Shown in pieces: positions 24,978-37,918 of a stretch of DNA of 64,000 bases. The notes beneath the pieces were generated by a model that made no database searches, was not told where the DNA came from, and saw only the letters and a list, made by a program, of their open reading frames with translations. The stretch comes from Azolla caroliniana. Its lineage: Eukaryota > Plantae > Polypodiophyta. Made by a program: the position numbers and the translations under genes. Every line of letters begins with the position of its first letter. The stretch's first letter is position 1. Location of the stretch: NCBI GenBank assembly GCA_043228905.1, contig JBHGNT010000021.1, forward strand, positions 12,462,001 through 12,526,000, read 5' to 3'.

Positions 24978-25480
24978 AGCAATGGGCACGGTTTCGGCTC
25001 GAACCGAACCGAACCGTTAAGCCATGGTTTATTGATTCCAAAAAAAAATTTAATGGTTTGGATTTTCGATAAACGGTTCGGTTTTCGGTTTGCTTCTGTT
25101 CTAAAACTCAGGTTTATAGGTTTTTGGTTAACTTTTTTTTTACCTTAATAATTTATTAATTTAATGGTTCACTTAATGGTTTTTTATTTATTGATTTAAT
25201 AAATTTAACTTAAACGTTTATTTAATTTAATGTTTCAATTAAAGTTTCTTTTATTGATTTAATAAATTTAACTTAAATGTTTATTTAATTTAATGGTTCA
25301 ATTAAAGATTCTTTTATTGATTTAATAAATTTAACTTAAATGCTAAATTAATTTAATGTATTTTTATTTATTTAGATGTTTAATTAGTTTGATTTAAATG
25401 GTTAGGTTTAAATTTTTTATTAAATGGTTCGGTTTGGTTTCAACTTTTCCCTAAACGGTTTGGTTTGGTTTGGTTTTTGA
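24978..25480. mobile_element. Probable non-autonomous DNA transposon (MITE-like) just upstream of VCS
   Basis: Subterminal aaccg/cggtt repeats at both ends around an AT-rich core with about 58-bp tandem units (25190-25360); TIR/TSD not resolved. Confidence 0.5.
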
Positions 25481-28400
25481 AGCAAACTTGAATGTGGTCG
25501 AAAGGCAAAGCATTGTATTGAAGTGTGATGATACCCAATCTCTGCTCGCATATGCTCCAACAATGTGTCTCATCTTGAAGTGGATGTCAACTACGGCATA
25601 TAGAAGTAGTGGTGTGTATGGTGAACAAATAGATGGGCCCTGGTATTATGTATCGATGATTGTGGTTTCCCCATTTCAAGAATAAGATGGTTTTGAAGTA
25701 GGCTGCAACATATGTAATATAAGTGCGAGAATCATGATCATCTAAAGTTTTCCCAACTTACGATATAGTGGCATTATAATAAATATAAAAAACTCACTCA
25801 AAGATGAATCTATCAATGCATCATGAAGTAAATGTAACTTATCCCACTTCGCAAGCATTTTCTTCACATATCACATCTAAGTTATCAAGTACATTAGGTA
25901 TGATATGGGTACAATACCTATTTAACCTACCTCCCAAACTAAAGATACTTTAAATGCACTTTTCATATTCGTTAAACACTTATCAAATACATGCTTACAA
26001 TATCTTTTTTTTTCCCAAAAAACCTACTTCACATTAGTTAGCAAACAAAATACAACAAAGTTCACCACTAAGATTCACAGAGACAACCTTAGTGGAATCG
26101 ATATATACAACACGGAGGAACAACTCCAAAACCATGCTAACAATATCTTAAATTGTTCATGTCATTTTCTAAAACAAAGCTATTGTTTGAAATTGTTGCA
26201 ACATTTATGAGTCTATAGGTTTAAACCATAGATTATATGTTATGCTAAATACATTTAAGACATATGTCTCGCGCTTCATATACTGGCATTTACGATTTTG
26301 GGGTTTTCTCGTGAAGGCCAACACCAAATATGAAAATTACATCGAAAATCATAAGAGCACACAACCTCTATAATAATGTCACTAAACAACTTCATATAGG
26401 CGCTATATATAAACAAAGCAACCAACAATGCAACGTCAGTTAGGCCTTTAAAAGCAATGCAAGAGGTCCATATTGTTCATTATTGGTACAACCCTTTGCA
26501 ATTACTTTAAAAAACTCCCAAGCTCTTCGGCTTCAACTTGAGCTCAAAAGGATTATAATGCAATAAGTCTTCAATTAAAAAGTATAAAAATATTACCCAA
26601 TTTTTGTTGTTCCACTTCAAGACCAACTTCTGTGAGCTTGTAACTTGAAACTTCATTGTGAAGATTAAGCATTAGTTGGTGTTGCTAAGGATATACGAAA
26701 AGAGGGGGGGGGGGGGGGATTTGCCGACATGGGTACTCTAGTAATTTTGAATATACATTTTGGGCCCTTTTTAATATTTACGTTTGGAGTTTATTTCATA
26801 AGTACGCATTATAAGTATTTCTTGTAGTACAATGTATTTTGTGTAATTTGGTAGAGTAACTTTGAGGTATATTACATATTGTACCATTCACAATGTATTT
26901 TTCATATCTAAATGTCTAAGTTGAATTTTGTTGCTTTAGAAGCCATTGTCCCACCATAGTGCCCCTCAAAGTTCTTCACGTGTAATGCTCCATGTTGTCC
27001 CACTGAATACATCAAGAGACGAAACTTTGTGATGGGTTGAGTTGCCTTGCATGGCCCTCATGTTGTCCCACAACTATGATCCAAGAGATCTTTCATTGAT
27101 CCTTGAAGGATACAATTTGTGACTTTTCTCTCAATCAAATCCTTGTCGATACTTCGCTCAATTGCCATTGCTACTTTCCTCCATATAGGACTTGAGTTAG
27201 TATTGCGAACATCACCACGTTAATTTTGACTCAATATGTATCATTAATTCCACCGTTTTTCTCCAGTGTGCCAAATGCAACATGATAGTGAGAAGTGCTT
27301 GACACAATCTATATGTCAATAAGTTCTAGCACTTTCTATTGGATCGATGTCATGGCATGGTGTGTGTGAAGGGAGAAAAGCACTGAAAAAGACAAGTAAA
27401 AATCCATGGAAATGGTCGGTGGAAGGAAAATGAAGGAGAAAACTGAGTTCTAATTACTACAAAAGAAAATGTGAGGGGTTCAACATTGGCAAACTAACTG
27501 GGAGCAGAAAGTGGAGCTCAAATGAATAAGTTATGACACGAAAGCATACGATCAACATACATTTTGTCATGGCTAGGTATCCATGCAAGGGTAATGGAGG
27601 AGAGCATAATTGAAAGCAAAACCAATAACGCATGCTAGAAAAGAGGATTCTATCTTTATCCAGTGGGAAAGCTCCTTGTAACAATAAAATGAAGAAGATA
27701 ACTCACTACTAAGGGGTAATTTCACGTGGCAATATGTTCATTGTTTGTTTTGGAGGTTTAACAACATGGGAACCAAATTATCAAAGGGCGTGTCTGTGGC
27801 ATATGACGTCCAAGGTTACATAGTTGTCGATTGTAGATCTGCCATGCCAAATAAAGGACATCCCCTAACCCCCCCAAAAAAAACACAGACACACACGTAC
27901 AAATTTCTTCTTTTAAAAAACTTTGATTTCACTCTATGTGAAAGGGCTACTACATTGTATAATTTGGTTGAATTTGTTGAAAGTCTATTGTAATTTGGGA
28001 AAAAAATAAACAATTTCCACCTTCGTCTATCTTGCTTAAGCTAGTTCAGATACTTGAACCTAGGCACAACTCAAGTTCAACTTATCCGACCATATGCTTG
28101 TCGTCAAGCATAGGGTTCACATTAGCAATTATCCCACTTTCCACTCACTTGACGTTACACACACCCACACTCTTAGAGGAACGTTATATTCAAAATGCCT
28201 TTCGATTCCAATAAAATATATGAATATCTAAGTTGCCCCATATAATAAATATCTCCATATTTTTAAACTATCACTTTCCCCCTATTTCCAAAGTTCATTC
28301 CTAAAGCGGAACATTCACCCTTCTTCTTTCCCTACATACAAATACATACCCTACTATACATACCCTACTATACTTTAGTCATTAGTGTATTCTTACACAT

Positions 28401-28574
28401 GCATGCATACACACATACACACTAATAATTTCATATATAAACCCACAATTACACATTTACATATGCCCTTGCATATACAAATATACATGGATACATTCAT
28501 CGAAACACATACACTTGTATATATGTACACATATGCAAATACTCACTTTATGAACACTTAGCAATAAACACCTA

Positions 28575-29300
28575 TACACAAATCCACAATGGTACAAATT
28601 CAAACTCACATTTATATTAGTTCATGTGCAAATCAAGATCAATACAACTTGTCGCATGTGCATGTTTGCACAACATACACATACAAACATATTATAGTAG
28701 GAAAACTAAACACATATACAAATGCACTCCCATTCACACATGTCACACACCTTCCTTTGAGGGAAACTGTAAGTGTTCTTCCACATATCCAAATGGAGGA
28801 AATTTGGACAAACATGTAGGCGCCATCTCAACATCAACCTTCAACAGAATTTATACATCATTACAAACAAATCCACAATTATACAAATTCAAACTTTGCA
28901 AATCAAGATCAGTACGAGTTGTCACATGTGCATGTTTGCACAACATCAACACACAAACATATTAAAGTGGGAAAACTAAACAAATATGCACTCATTCACA
29001 CACATGTTCATTTGAGATAAACTCTAAGTGCCCTTTCCCATATCCAAGTGGAGAAATTTTGGTCAAACATGTCAATGCCATCTCAACATCAACCGTCAAC
29101 AAAATGTATAAATCACTACACACAAATCCACAAGTATACGAAATTCAAATTGATGCTTATACTAGCTGACATGCAAATCAAGATCAATACAAGATGTCAA
29201 ATGTGCACATTCATACAAACATATTAAGGTGGGAAAACTAAACACGTGTGAAGCCATTCATACAACCAGTCCTTTGGGGCACACTCTAAGTGCTCTTGCA
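28575..29300. repeat. Degenerate tandem repeat, about 260-290 bp unit, 3 copies
   Basis: caaatccacaa...tgcaaatcaagatca...atgtgca...ggaaaactaaac recurs three times. Confidence 0.75.
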
Positions 29301-29754
29301 CAAACTCTAAAGATAGAAACTTCAAAACTCATCTTTTCTAATTTAGAACCATGGTGATCCTACACAACTTTTTCATATGCATGTGCGGTTTTTCATGATA
29401 TCTTGGTGAACCTAACGTGAAAGTGCGACATGGGAAGATGGTTGGAGTGAAAAACAAATGAAGAGTTCATGCAAATGATATGGATGATGATGGATCACGT
29501 GTTCTAGGAAAGGGACAAGTTACAATACGAGAAACAAAGTGACGAAGAGAGAAAGCGAGTGGAGGAGAAATCTAGAGATAGCCTTGATCTCAACCCACAC
29601 TAAACCTTAGCTTCTAGCATGTGCCAAGGAGACATGAGATTCCTTTCTCCGTTAATCATAAGCACTACTCTCACACACAAATAAATCTCCCTACTTCTTT
29701 CATTGCACTAGTAGGTTTGGGTGGAGGTAGGAAAACAAGCAAAGAGAGTGAAAA

Positions 29755-30400
29755 AAGGCCATCTCCAAACTCAAAGAAGAATAGTGAGATCAAGGGTATA
29801 ACATGTTTTGCACTTGTAAGCCCAAGTTTAACGTAAACTTGATGGTTCTTCGATTCCATTGTGAAGGTGATGAAATATTTAGCATTGCTTTGATTCAATT
29901 TATGAATTAGTATACCCCAAGATGTTGTAGGGAGTTTTTCATTTGCATTCACATATTAATAAGCATTAATTAAGGGAAAACTAAAACAATTCGATTTCAT
30001 TGTGTTTGTTTATTGATTGGCATTTTAACGCCTTTTCCTAATAAGTGGTATCAAAATTGAGGTTCATATTTAATGTGTGATTAGAATATAGATGAATACT
30101 TTGGTTGCATGGGATTCTCCAAACTCCAGGAGGAAGTCGTGAGATTGAAGGTATAATGTATTTCCACTTGTAAGACCAAGTTTAATGTAAACTTGATAGT
30201 TTTGGGATTCCATCATGACAATGGTGAAATATCTCACATCGACATTATGATTCAATTTTTTGAATCCATGGTATCCCTTAGATGTTGTAGAAAGTTGTTG
30301 TATTTGCATTCCCATATTAATCAACAATAATTAAGGGAAAAGTAAAACTATTTGATTTCCTTGTGTTTGCTTGTCAATTGGTATTTTTGATGCACTTTTC
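29755..30400. repeat. Degenerate tandem duplication, about 355-bp unit
   Basis: ctccaaactc...cacttgtaag.ccaagtttaa.gtaaacttgat...taattaagggaaaa repeated. Confidence 0.75.
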
Positions 30401-30448
30401 CCAACATTGTATTACTTCCTAAAGTATACTTTCTCAGTAAATCCCCTC

Positions 30449-30479
<31 letters not shown>

Positions 30480-33400
30480 ACAATAGTTAAACAATAACAT
30501 GCATGTAAGCACATTAAAGACGATTCCTCAAAACACTTGCACATTACACATAGTTTCATGTACACTCACAAGAGCTAGTCATATCCAAAAGCACATGCAC
30601 GTGGACACTTTTAGCTAACTACACAAACTGTTATGCACAATAACTTTTATGTAAATTAAAGACAAAGTTTGACAAAATATTTTGGCTGACAAAATCGCAA
30701 ATACAAGTGTATTATCCCATGCATAGAGAGGTTCATGTATTATCCACACAAATCAAGAAGGAAAAGATCATCAAAAGCATGAAGACATGCCATCTAACAT
30801 ATGCAAAATCACATAACCCTTCATCAACAATGTCATCAACAAGCCATCTTCCATTTGTTTAGGTTCATGATGGTTCAGCTCAATCACATGCACACACATT
30901 CTTGTGACATCTTTGGTGAACAGGGGATGGAAGAGTAGCATGGGAAGTTTTTAACGATGATGACAACGAAAATGAAGCAAATGATGCAAGAAAGAGAAAA
31001 TATGGAGGCAACACAACACATAGTAGAAAGGTTAGCTGATTATGTAGGCCAAATTCAAGATGACAATATCTCCAAAACCTTTAAAAAGTACAATGATAAC
31101 ATGCTTCAAAAAGTTGCAAATGAGTAAATTACATGATTCGATTGGGTGGTGTTTGTGACATTGCACAATGGAGTGGTAAAGCTTCAACAAGCCCCACTTA
31201 TTAGGGTTCCCTAAAGGAAGCATTGATAGAAGGATTTGGAGATGAAGAGGCCATGGGGAAAAGTCAAGAAGAGTTCGACAAGTGAGTGGCATCAAGTAAA
31301 GTCAATAAGAGCATCGTAATGACACTCATTGTGTTTGAGTGTTGTTTTGCTCAACTCTTGAGTGAGATCAAAGATTAGTGGGGGTGAACAAAGTTCTCAT
31401 TTTCTATTGAGATGAAAGGATGAATCTTGGTGTCAAATTAGAAGACAATGATGGTGCAAATGGGTTACAAACATGTCATCATTTCAATGGAATTAAAACA
31501 AGGGAAGTTGTCCCATGCTACAAATGAGTTCAAGGACATAGTGCTTGTACATAAAGTCTATTCTATTGCAACTTCCTAGGGGGGAAAAGACAAGAAATAT
31601 GATATGAAAACAAGATTAACTAATGAAGAAGTTCAATGATAGGCAAGTTGGGAGAATTTGGTCCCAAGTCGCATAAATAAAATGACCTTATTGAGCAAGA
31701 GCACTTTGATGCTCAACATGAAGTCATTTGAAGTCTTATGAGAGCCTAAAAGGGTAAATCCATGTCAAAGGAAAGTTGAAGAGAAGTTGTAACATCAAAA
31801 GACAAAAGAAGAAGAAGTGGCACACACCTCATGTTTGTCAACTATCGCCTCAACCTTTGGGCTAACATCATACATAGCACATCATGTCTTTCATGTTAGT
31901 CATATCAAAGAGCATCTAAACTTCACATGCCAAAAAGAATATTCAATTCTAAACTAAACAGTGAACACTTATGATCTAAGCATATTCGAGAGTTTAGAAC
32001 TTGGGAGTAATACGTTTTTCTTAAAACCTTCCATGAGTTTTCTTTGCAATAATTGAACTATTCTCAATCCTACAATGGGAGACATCACTTTTGAGTGTTT
32101 CATCACTTGATTATTTGTAAGTGTGAAATTAACAAGGGCACCCTTATTTGCTTAATTACAAGAGGTAATTTTCCTTCCTAAAGCATTATAAAGCTGATTT
32201 AAATATTACCCATGTATGACAACAATGGGTATATGGATGTTTTGCACTTTTAGAATTGCCAGAATTTTGGATTCCAAAGTGAGAATACAAGGTTTTGCTT
32301 CTACATCACAACATTACAATAACCCATCATTGTTCTAAGTTCAACTACATGAAATTGGGCACTTTCGTATTGTGCACAAATAACCCAAAGGTTTTCTAAC
32401 TCAACCTCCATATGTACTCTTAAATCGATTGCACATAATGCTCTTAGAACCTCATCACAAATCCTTGATTAAAAACTGCTAGCCTAAGTGGTTTTCCTCG
32501 GTGGAACTCCAAGAAGTCAATGAGTTACAATTTGATGAAAGCGAAGGCGATTAAGATGTGAACTTTGGTATCCATTCTCATGGAAAGGATGGCCTTTGTC
32601 CAATGCCTCTTGGAAATTGATTAAACACATCGAACATAAAGGATGCGGTCTAGAAGTTTCATCATCTATATCCACACAAATCCACTCCTCTTGGAAAGTT
32701 GGTGCTAGAGGAGAGCATGATGTCACAACCACCAAGGAGTAGTGGATGGCAAAGTTCTTGGGAGTGTAAGTTGAGAGGTTGAATTGTATTGTAAAGGCTA
32801 TTGTGAGGTTGTAGAGTCTTGATACTTGTTTTTTTGTAAAGTCTTTAGAGGTTGCTTGGATAACTCATGCACTATAACACATAATGTGTAAAAGTGGGGG
32901 TTGGGTGTTCCCTTGTTGATCTCAAGTAGATCAATGATAGTAATTGGGTATTAACTCTTTGCTATTAAGTTATTGTTGATTTTGTATACCTCTTTTTGGC
33001 TCATATCCCTCTCATTCTCTTGTTTTGCAAGAGAAGCCCATGATTTTATTCATATTCAAGTGTTCAACTATTGGCAGGCTTCTTACTTGGGACCTCCCAT
33101 TCCTTCCCACTTTGCAAAGAAAAGGACACAACCAATTTGAGGGCATGATCTGTATGGTCAACCATTAAATTGGTAGATTCGAATCTAGTGTAGAAGAACA
33201 CGACACGGTAGAGTCTATAAGGTTGTGGAGGTGTGTTATATGAATGAATCTAGATTCTATTTTCAATAGCATGGTTGTCATAGATATGTAATTTCCATAA
33301 GTTGATGTCCAATGCATTATATTGCTATCATCTTGTACAAACCAATGTACCCCATATCCACATCCGCATCCAATGCATACAACCTGGTTTACGAACTACT

Positions 33401-34746
33401 TAACCTCCACATCTATGGCTGAGTTCATGGCGTATTTTTGTTAACCTATGCTTTAATAATCTATGCCAAGACGATGAAGACATGTCTCTCTTGAGACCAT
33501 ACATATAATATGTTATTCAATACATGTTTAAATGTCCAAGACCCAAAATAAATATCCACATGCCATGTGGTAGGCACTAACAAGAGCATAACCTAAGTCT
33601 ATGCAAAGACCACATGAGACAAGAGGTGTCATATGGCCTAGGCTATAAATGTCATGTGTCTATGTGCAGACAAATGTTCATGCCATACTCTCTATACCCA
33701 AACCATAGATGCCACATTACATAGGCCATAAATGTTTGTGTCTATGTCCGCACAAATGGCCGAGACACTAGTAAGACAACTAGCATGGTCCTTCCTAGAC
33801 ACCCACACCCACACCCACACCAATGAACCAACAAATGAAGCCATTATGAGAAGGTGGTTTGTGTTGTGGTCTATCCAACAAGAAGATGGGTTGCTATTCT
33901 TGCAACTCTGGTCTTCTTGATGATGAAGCTATTGCCTCTTCACTAGTGCTAGTTCTGAGGTTCAAGAGTGTGGCTCCATACTAAGCTCCCATGGCTGCCT
34001 CCCTCAGATTGTGAGACTCATGGAAGCTTTGTGGAGGAGTCGGGCCCGGGTCGGTGCGATGCTGCCCCATCTGCACTCAAAGAAGAAGGCCGCCCCATTT
34101 GTAGGATTGCCTTGGCGGGGCAGGGAGATGGCCATGGGGCCTGCTTCTTGGCCAGTACCGCCCTCATGCTCTGCAACTTCGCCATTCTTTCTTCTTCTTC
34201 TTCCCGCACCGATCCGGAGAAGCAACCCATTCCTTCTACTAACAATGGTGGGTGGCTTAAATATGTGATTTGGTCCATAGAACGTAATATTCGTGTTCGT
34301 GCAAGCATTCAAACGTTTGGAAACGAACATGTTTGAAATGGGAAAAATATGTACTCCTTTTTTTTCATTTTTTTCATTTATTATTATTACAATTCAAATT
34401 GCCCTAGTGGTAAGGAGTCATGCTATTGCTGTCTATGTCTTGGGTTTGATTCCCAATTTCCTCATCTCTTTCTCTCTCTCTCATTAGTACCATGTCATAG
34501 CAAAATTTTATGTTAGTGTTATAATAGTTTTTTTCTTTTATTTTTATTATTATTAGAACTAAGCACAACCTAGTGGTAAGTTGTTGTGCTACTATTACTT
34601 GTGTTTTGGGCTCAATTCCCAACTTTCTCATATCCTCTTGTTAGTGTCATGTAGCCTTTTTTGTTATTAATCGTTCGGTTGTAGCAAGGAGTGTGGGCGA
34701 CTTTGTGATATGGTAGATAATGTAATAGAAAAAGAAGAGATTCTAA

Positions 34747-34796
<50 letters not shown>

Positions 34797-34948
34797 ATGG
34801 ATTTTAGTGAAATGTGTATGAAACGGTAGTGAGAGGTATAGGGGAGGGAGAGAGAGATAGAGATAGAGAACTATGGATTTTAGTGAAATGTGTATAAAAA
34901 GGTACTGAGAGGTATAGGGGAGGGGGAAGGGAGAAGGGAGAAAAAAGG

Positions 34949-34996
<48 letters not shown>

Positions 34997-35146
34997 GATT
35001 TTAGTGAAATATAAGGGAATGATAGGGGGGTATAGATAGGAGGGAAGGGGAAAAGGGAGATGTGTGTGATTAGTAAATAGTAGTAAGGGGGAAGGAGAGA
35101 GGAACAAGGAAGGGGGATAGATTAAATGAAGGGTGAGAAAATATGT

Positions 35147-37110
35147 TTAGGGGGGGGGGTCTAGGATGTTTTTAGTCTTGACTAGAAAAGAGTGAAGGTT
35201 TTTGGATTTTGTCCAACAAATAATGGGTTTACGGATATGTTATAGTTGGGGATCTAATTGGATATTAGAGTGTAGGCTAGTGAGCATTTCTTTGATAATT
35301 AGTGTGGGGGTATGGCGAGTATATCTAAGTTTAAAGATAGTGGGTGGGGTGGTTTTGTTAGTTTTTTCTTTGAAGAGGAGAGTGTGTCTAAGGGAGTAAG
35401 GGTGTTTTCTAAAGTTCTTTAGAATAAAACGCGTGAGATAACCTTGGGCCCTAAGTCTCGTAAAGAACTTCTTTTGCATATTTTAATAATCTAGGGATGT
35501 GCTTTCTCTAACCATATATCTTTTTAATTCATTCGAAACGAAACTATTTTTAACATGGAGATTGGAGGAATAAGGGATGTATTGATATGTATTAAGTGTT
35601 TTTTGAAAGCAATTAAAAGTGAATCTATTATTATCTAAGTTAATCCACAAGTCTAAAAAGGGTAGTTTCGTGTAAGAAGTATGTATGGTTAGTTTGATAG
35701 AGTTTTGAGTAGTGTTACTATAGAAGTTTAGGTATTCGAAAAGTTGGGGTTTAGTACCAGTCCAGACGCCAAAGGCATCATCAATATACCTAGTGAAATA
35801 GAAAAAGTGGGGTGATGGATTGGAATTTTCTAGATATGAGAAGAAGAGACATACGTAGACAACGGAAAAATTACTGCCCATGGCTGTTCCTTTTACCTGT
35901 TAATAAATTTGGTTGTTGAATTTTAGGAAGTGGTATTCTAAAGTGAGGGCATTAAGGGTATAAATCAAATTAGTTTTTTGGTTCGAAAAGTGGGGGGAAA
36001 TAAGATTTTTTAGGGCTAAGAGTCCTAGTTTTGGTGGGATGCTAGGGTAGAGTGATTCAACATCAAAAGAGAAAATGAAGCTATTGGGTGGTGTTATACA
36101 AGGGAATGGGAATCCCTAAGATATTGTTTTTAACATAGAAGTATAGGGAGGAGTTGGTGGTGAAGCCATTTAGACGTTTGTTCAAATAATGAACCATTAT
36201 ATGAGCAAATTGGTCTATAGCTAACAGGGGTTTTATGTACTTTTGGTAGGAAGTACATATTAGGTACTGAGTAACCTTTAGGAGGTTTGTCTAGGATAAA
36301 TTGTATTTCTATGAGAGACAAGATATTAAGGTTACGGTTGACTATGTCATGTAGTCGACTTAAAAGTTCTTCTAATGGGAGACTATTAACTTTTTTATAT
36401 GTAGTGATGTCGGATAAATGGTCTAGGGCTTTATCTAGGTATGTTTTTTTATCAAGGACACAAACTCCAATGTTTTTGTTCGTTGGTAGGATGATTATTT
36501 GTTTGTTTTTTTCTAAGGCTGGTTAGTGCTATTTGGAGGTGTAGTGGTATTTTGGTATTAGGTAGTATATTATTATGGAGGTTTGTGGAGAGAGAGATAT
36601 TGTGTTTATGGAGTATAGACTCTAATGGTGGATACTTAGTAGGAGGGTTGCAATTCGGGTTGGGTAGTTTGAAGGGATTAGAGGGGGGAGAGTTGAAGTC
36701 TTTAAAGAAATGTTTAAGTCTCAAGGATCTACAGAAGTTTTGGTATTCTTGGAGAATGGATTGATTAGTAGGTGGGGGGCTAGGGGTATAAACTTAAGTC
36801 CTAGGTTTAAAAGCTTGATTTCTAATTTACTAAGGGCGTAATTTGAAAGATTATGAATTTTGCTTTTTAAGACGGGAGTCGTGTCTATGGTGGGAGTAAG
36901 TAGTTTCCAAAACTTGTATCTAAGCCTTTTAGTGCGTGATTTAGTGTAAGGGGAGAAGGGGAAATGAGAGTTTTTTCTACCTAGCCACATGTACATATCA
37001 CACGTTAAAGGGGGCCTATCTAGTATGTAAAAGAGACGTTTGCACGGGTGTAAGGCGTGCTTAAACTGTTTACTAATTCGTTTAGCACGCCTCGCTACAC
37101 GTTTTTTGGT
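35147..37110 (-). pseudogene. PLE reverse transcriptase (frameshifted, with stops)
   Basis: ORF pieces 36721-36996, 36452-36724, 36130-36321, 35483-35881, 35240-35479; ends ...KPIICWTKSKNLHSFLVKTKNILDPPP* at 35147. Confidence 0.87.
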
Positions 37111-37918
37111 TTAGATGTATAAGATGGAGTTTTAGTTATGGGGTGATGGGGGGGTTTGTAAGAGTTGTGTGGGTTTGATTTATTATATGGGTGGGTGGTA
37201 GGGGCCGATAAGTTAAAATTAGGAAAAAGGGGAGGGGTGTTAGATGTAAATAGGGAGGGGTTCTTATTCAAATTATGTGAAAATAAGGGGGGGGGTGGCA
37301 TGTGTGGAATTATTAAGAATGGAGAGGGCGGTATGGGAGGAGTGTGTGAAAATATTGGGGGATGTTGGGGCTATATTAGAGATTGGGGGAGGGGTAAGAC
37401 CAGAATTATACAAAGTTTTGGGGGGAAATTTAGGGTGAGGATCATTACAAAAAGGGGGCATGGGGTTAAATAGGGAAATATTCGAAAGTAACGGGGGGGT
37501 ATACAAAGAATTAGTAGAAAGTGTGGGGGGAGGGTTTTGAGAGTGAGTGGGGTATGGGTGCGGTGCAGTGGCCATGAATAAGGAAAGGGTGTTGGGGTCT
37601 TGGTGTGGAAAAGGGATGGGATGTGTTGTTGCCCCAACGTAGGAGGAGGGAAAGAAAATTGAGGGGGAAAGGAGGGATGAGAGGTCTCGAGGGGTTGAGT
37701 ATACAGAGGAGGGCTGAGTATACAGAAAATTGAGGGGGAAAGGAGGGCTGAGGAGCTGAGGAGGGAGGTGAGAATGGGGGAGATGGACTCTATTGTAATC
37801 AAATGCATGACCGGAGGCCAGAACATCGTTGTAGCCTGCTTGTGCATTAATCCCATCGAATTGTTGCTGGTTGTGTTGGGCCTACGAGAATCGAGGAGGT
37901 GCGGCCGATGAGTGGAGG

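Noticed and set aside
25900-27400. Faint copia-like coding traces (also gypsy-like traces at 30800-32950 and 39950-41060)
   Set aside because: Too degenerate to define motifs or boundaries without alignment
28575-30400. CRISPR-like or regularly spaced array
   Set aside because: Units are long degenerate tandem duplications without constant repeat and unique spacer organisation, in a eukaryotic context
33968-34336. GC-rich patch with several overlapping ORFs
   Set aside because: No recognisable domain or splice structure
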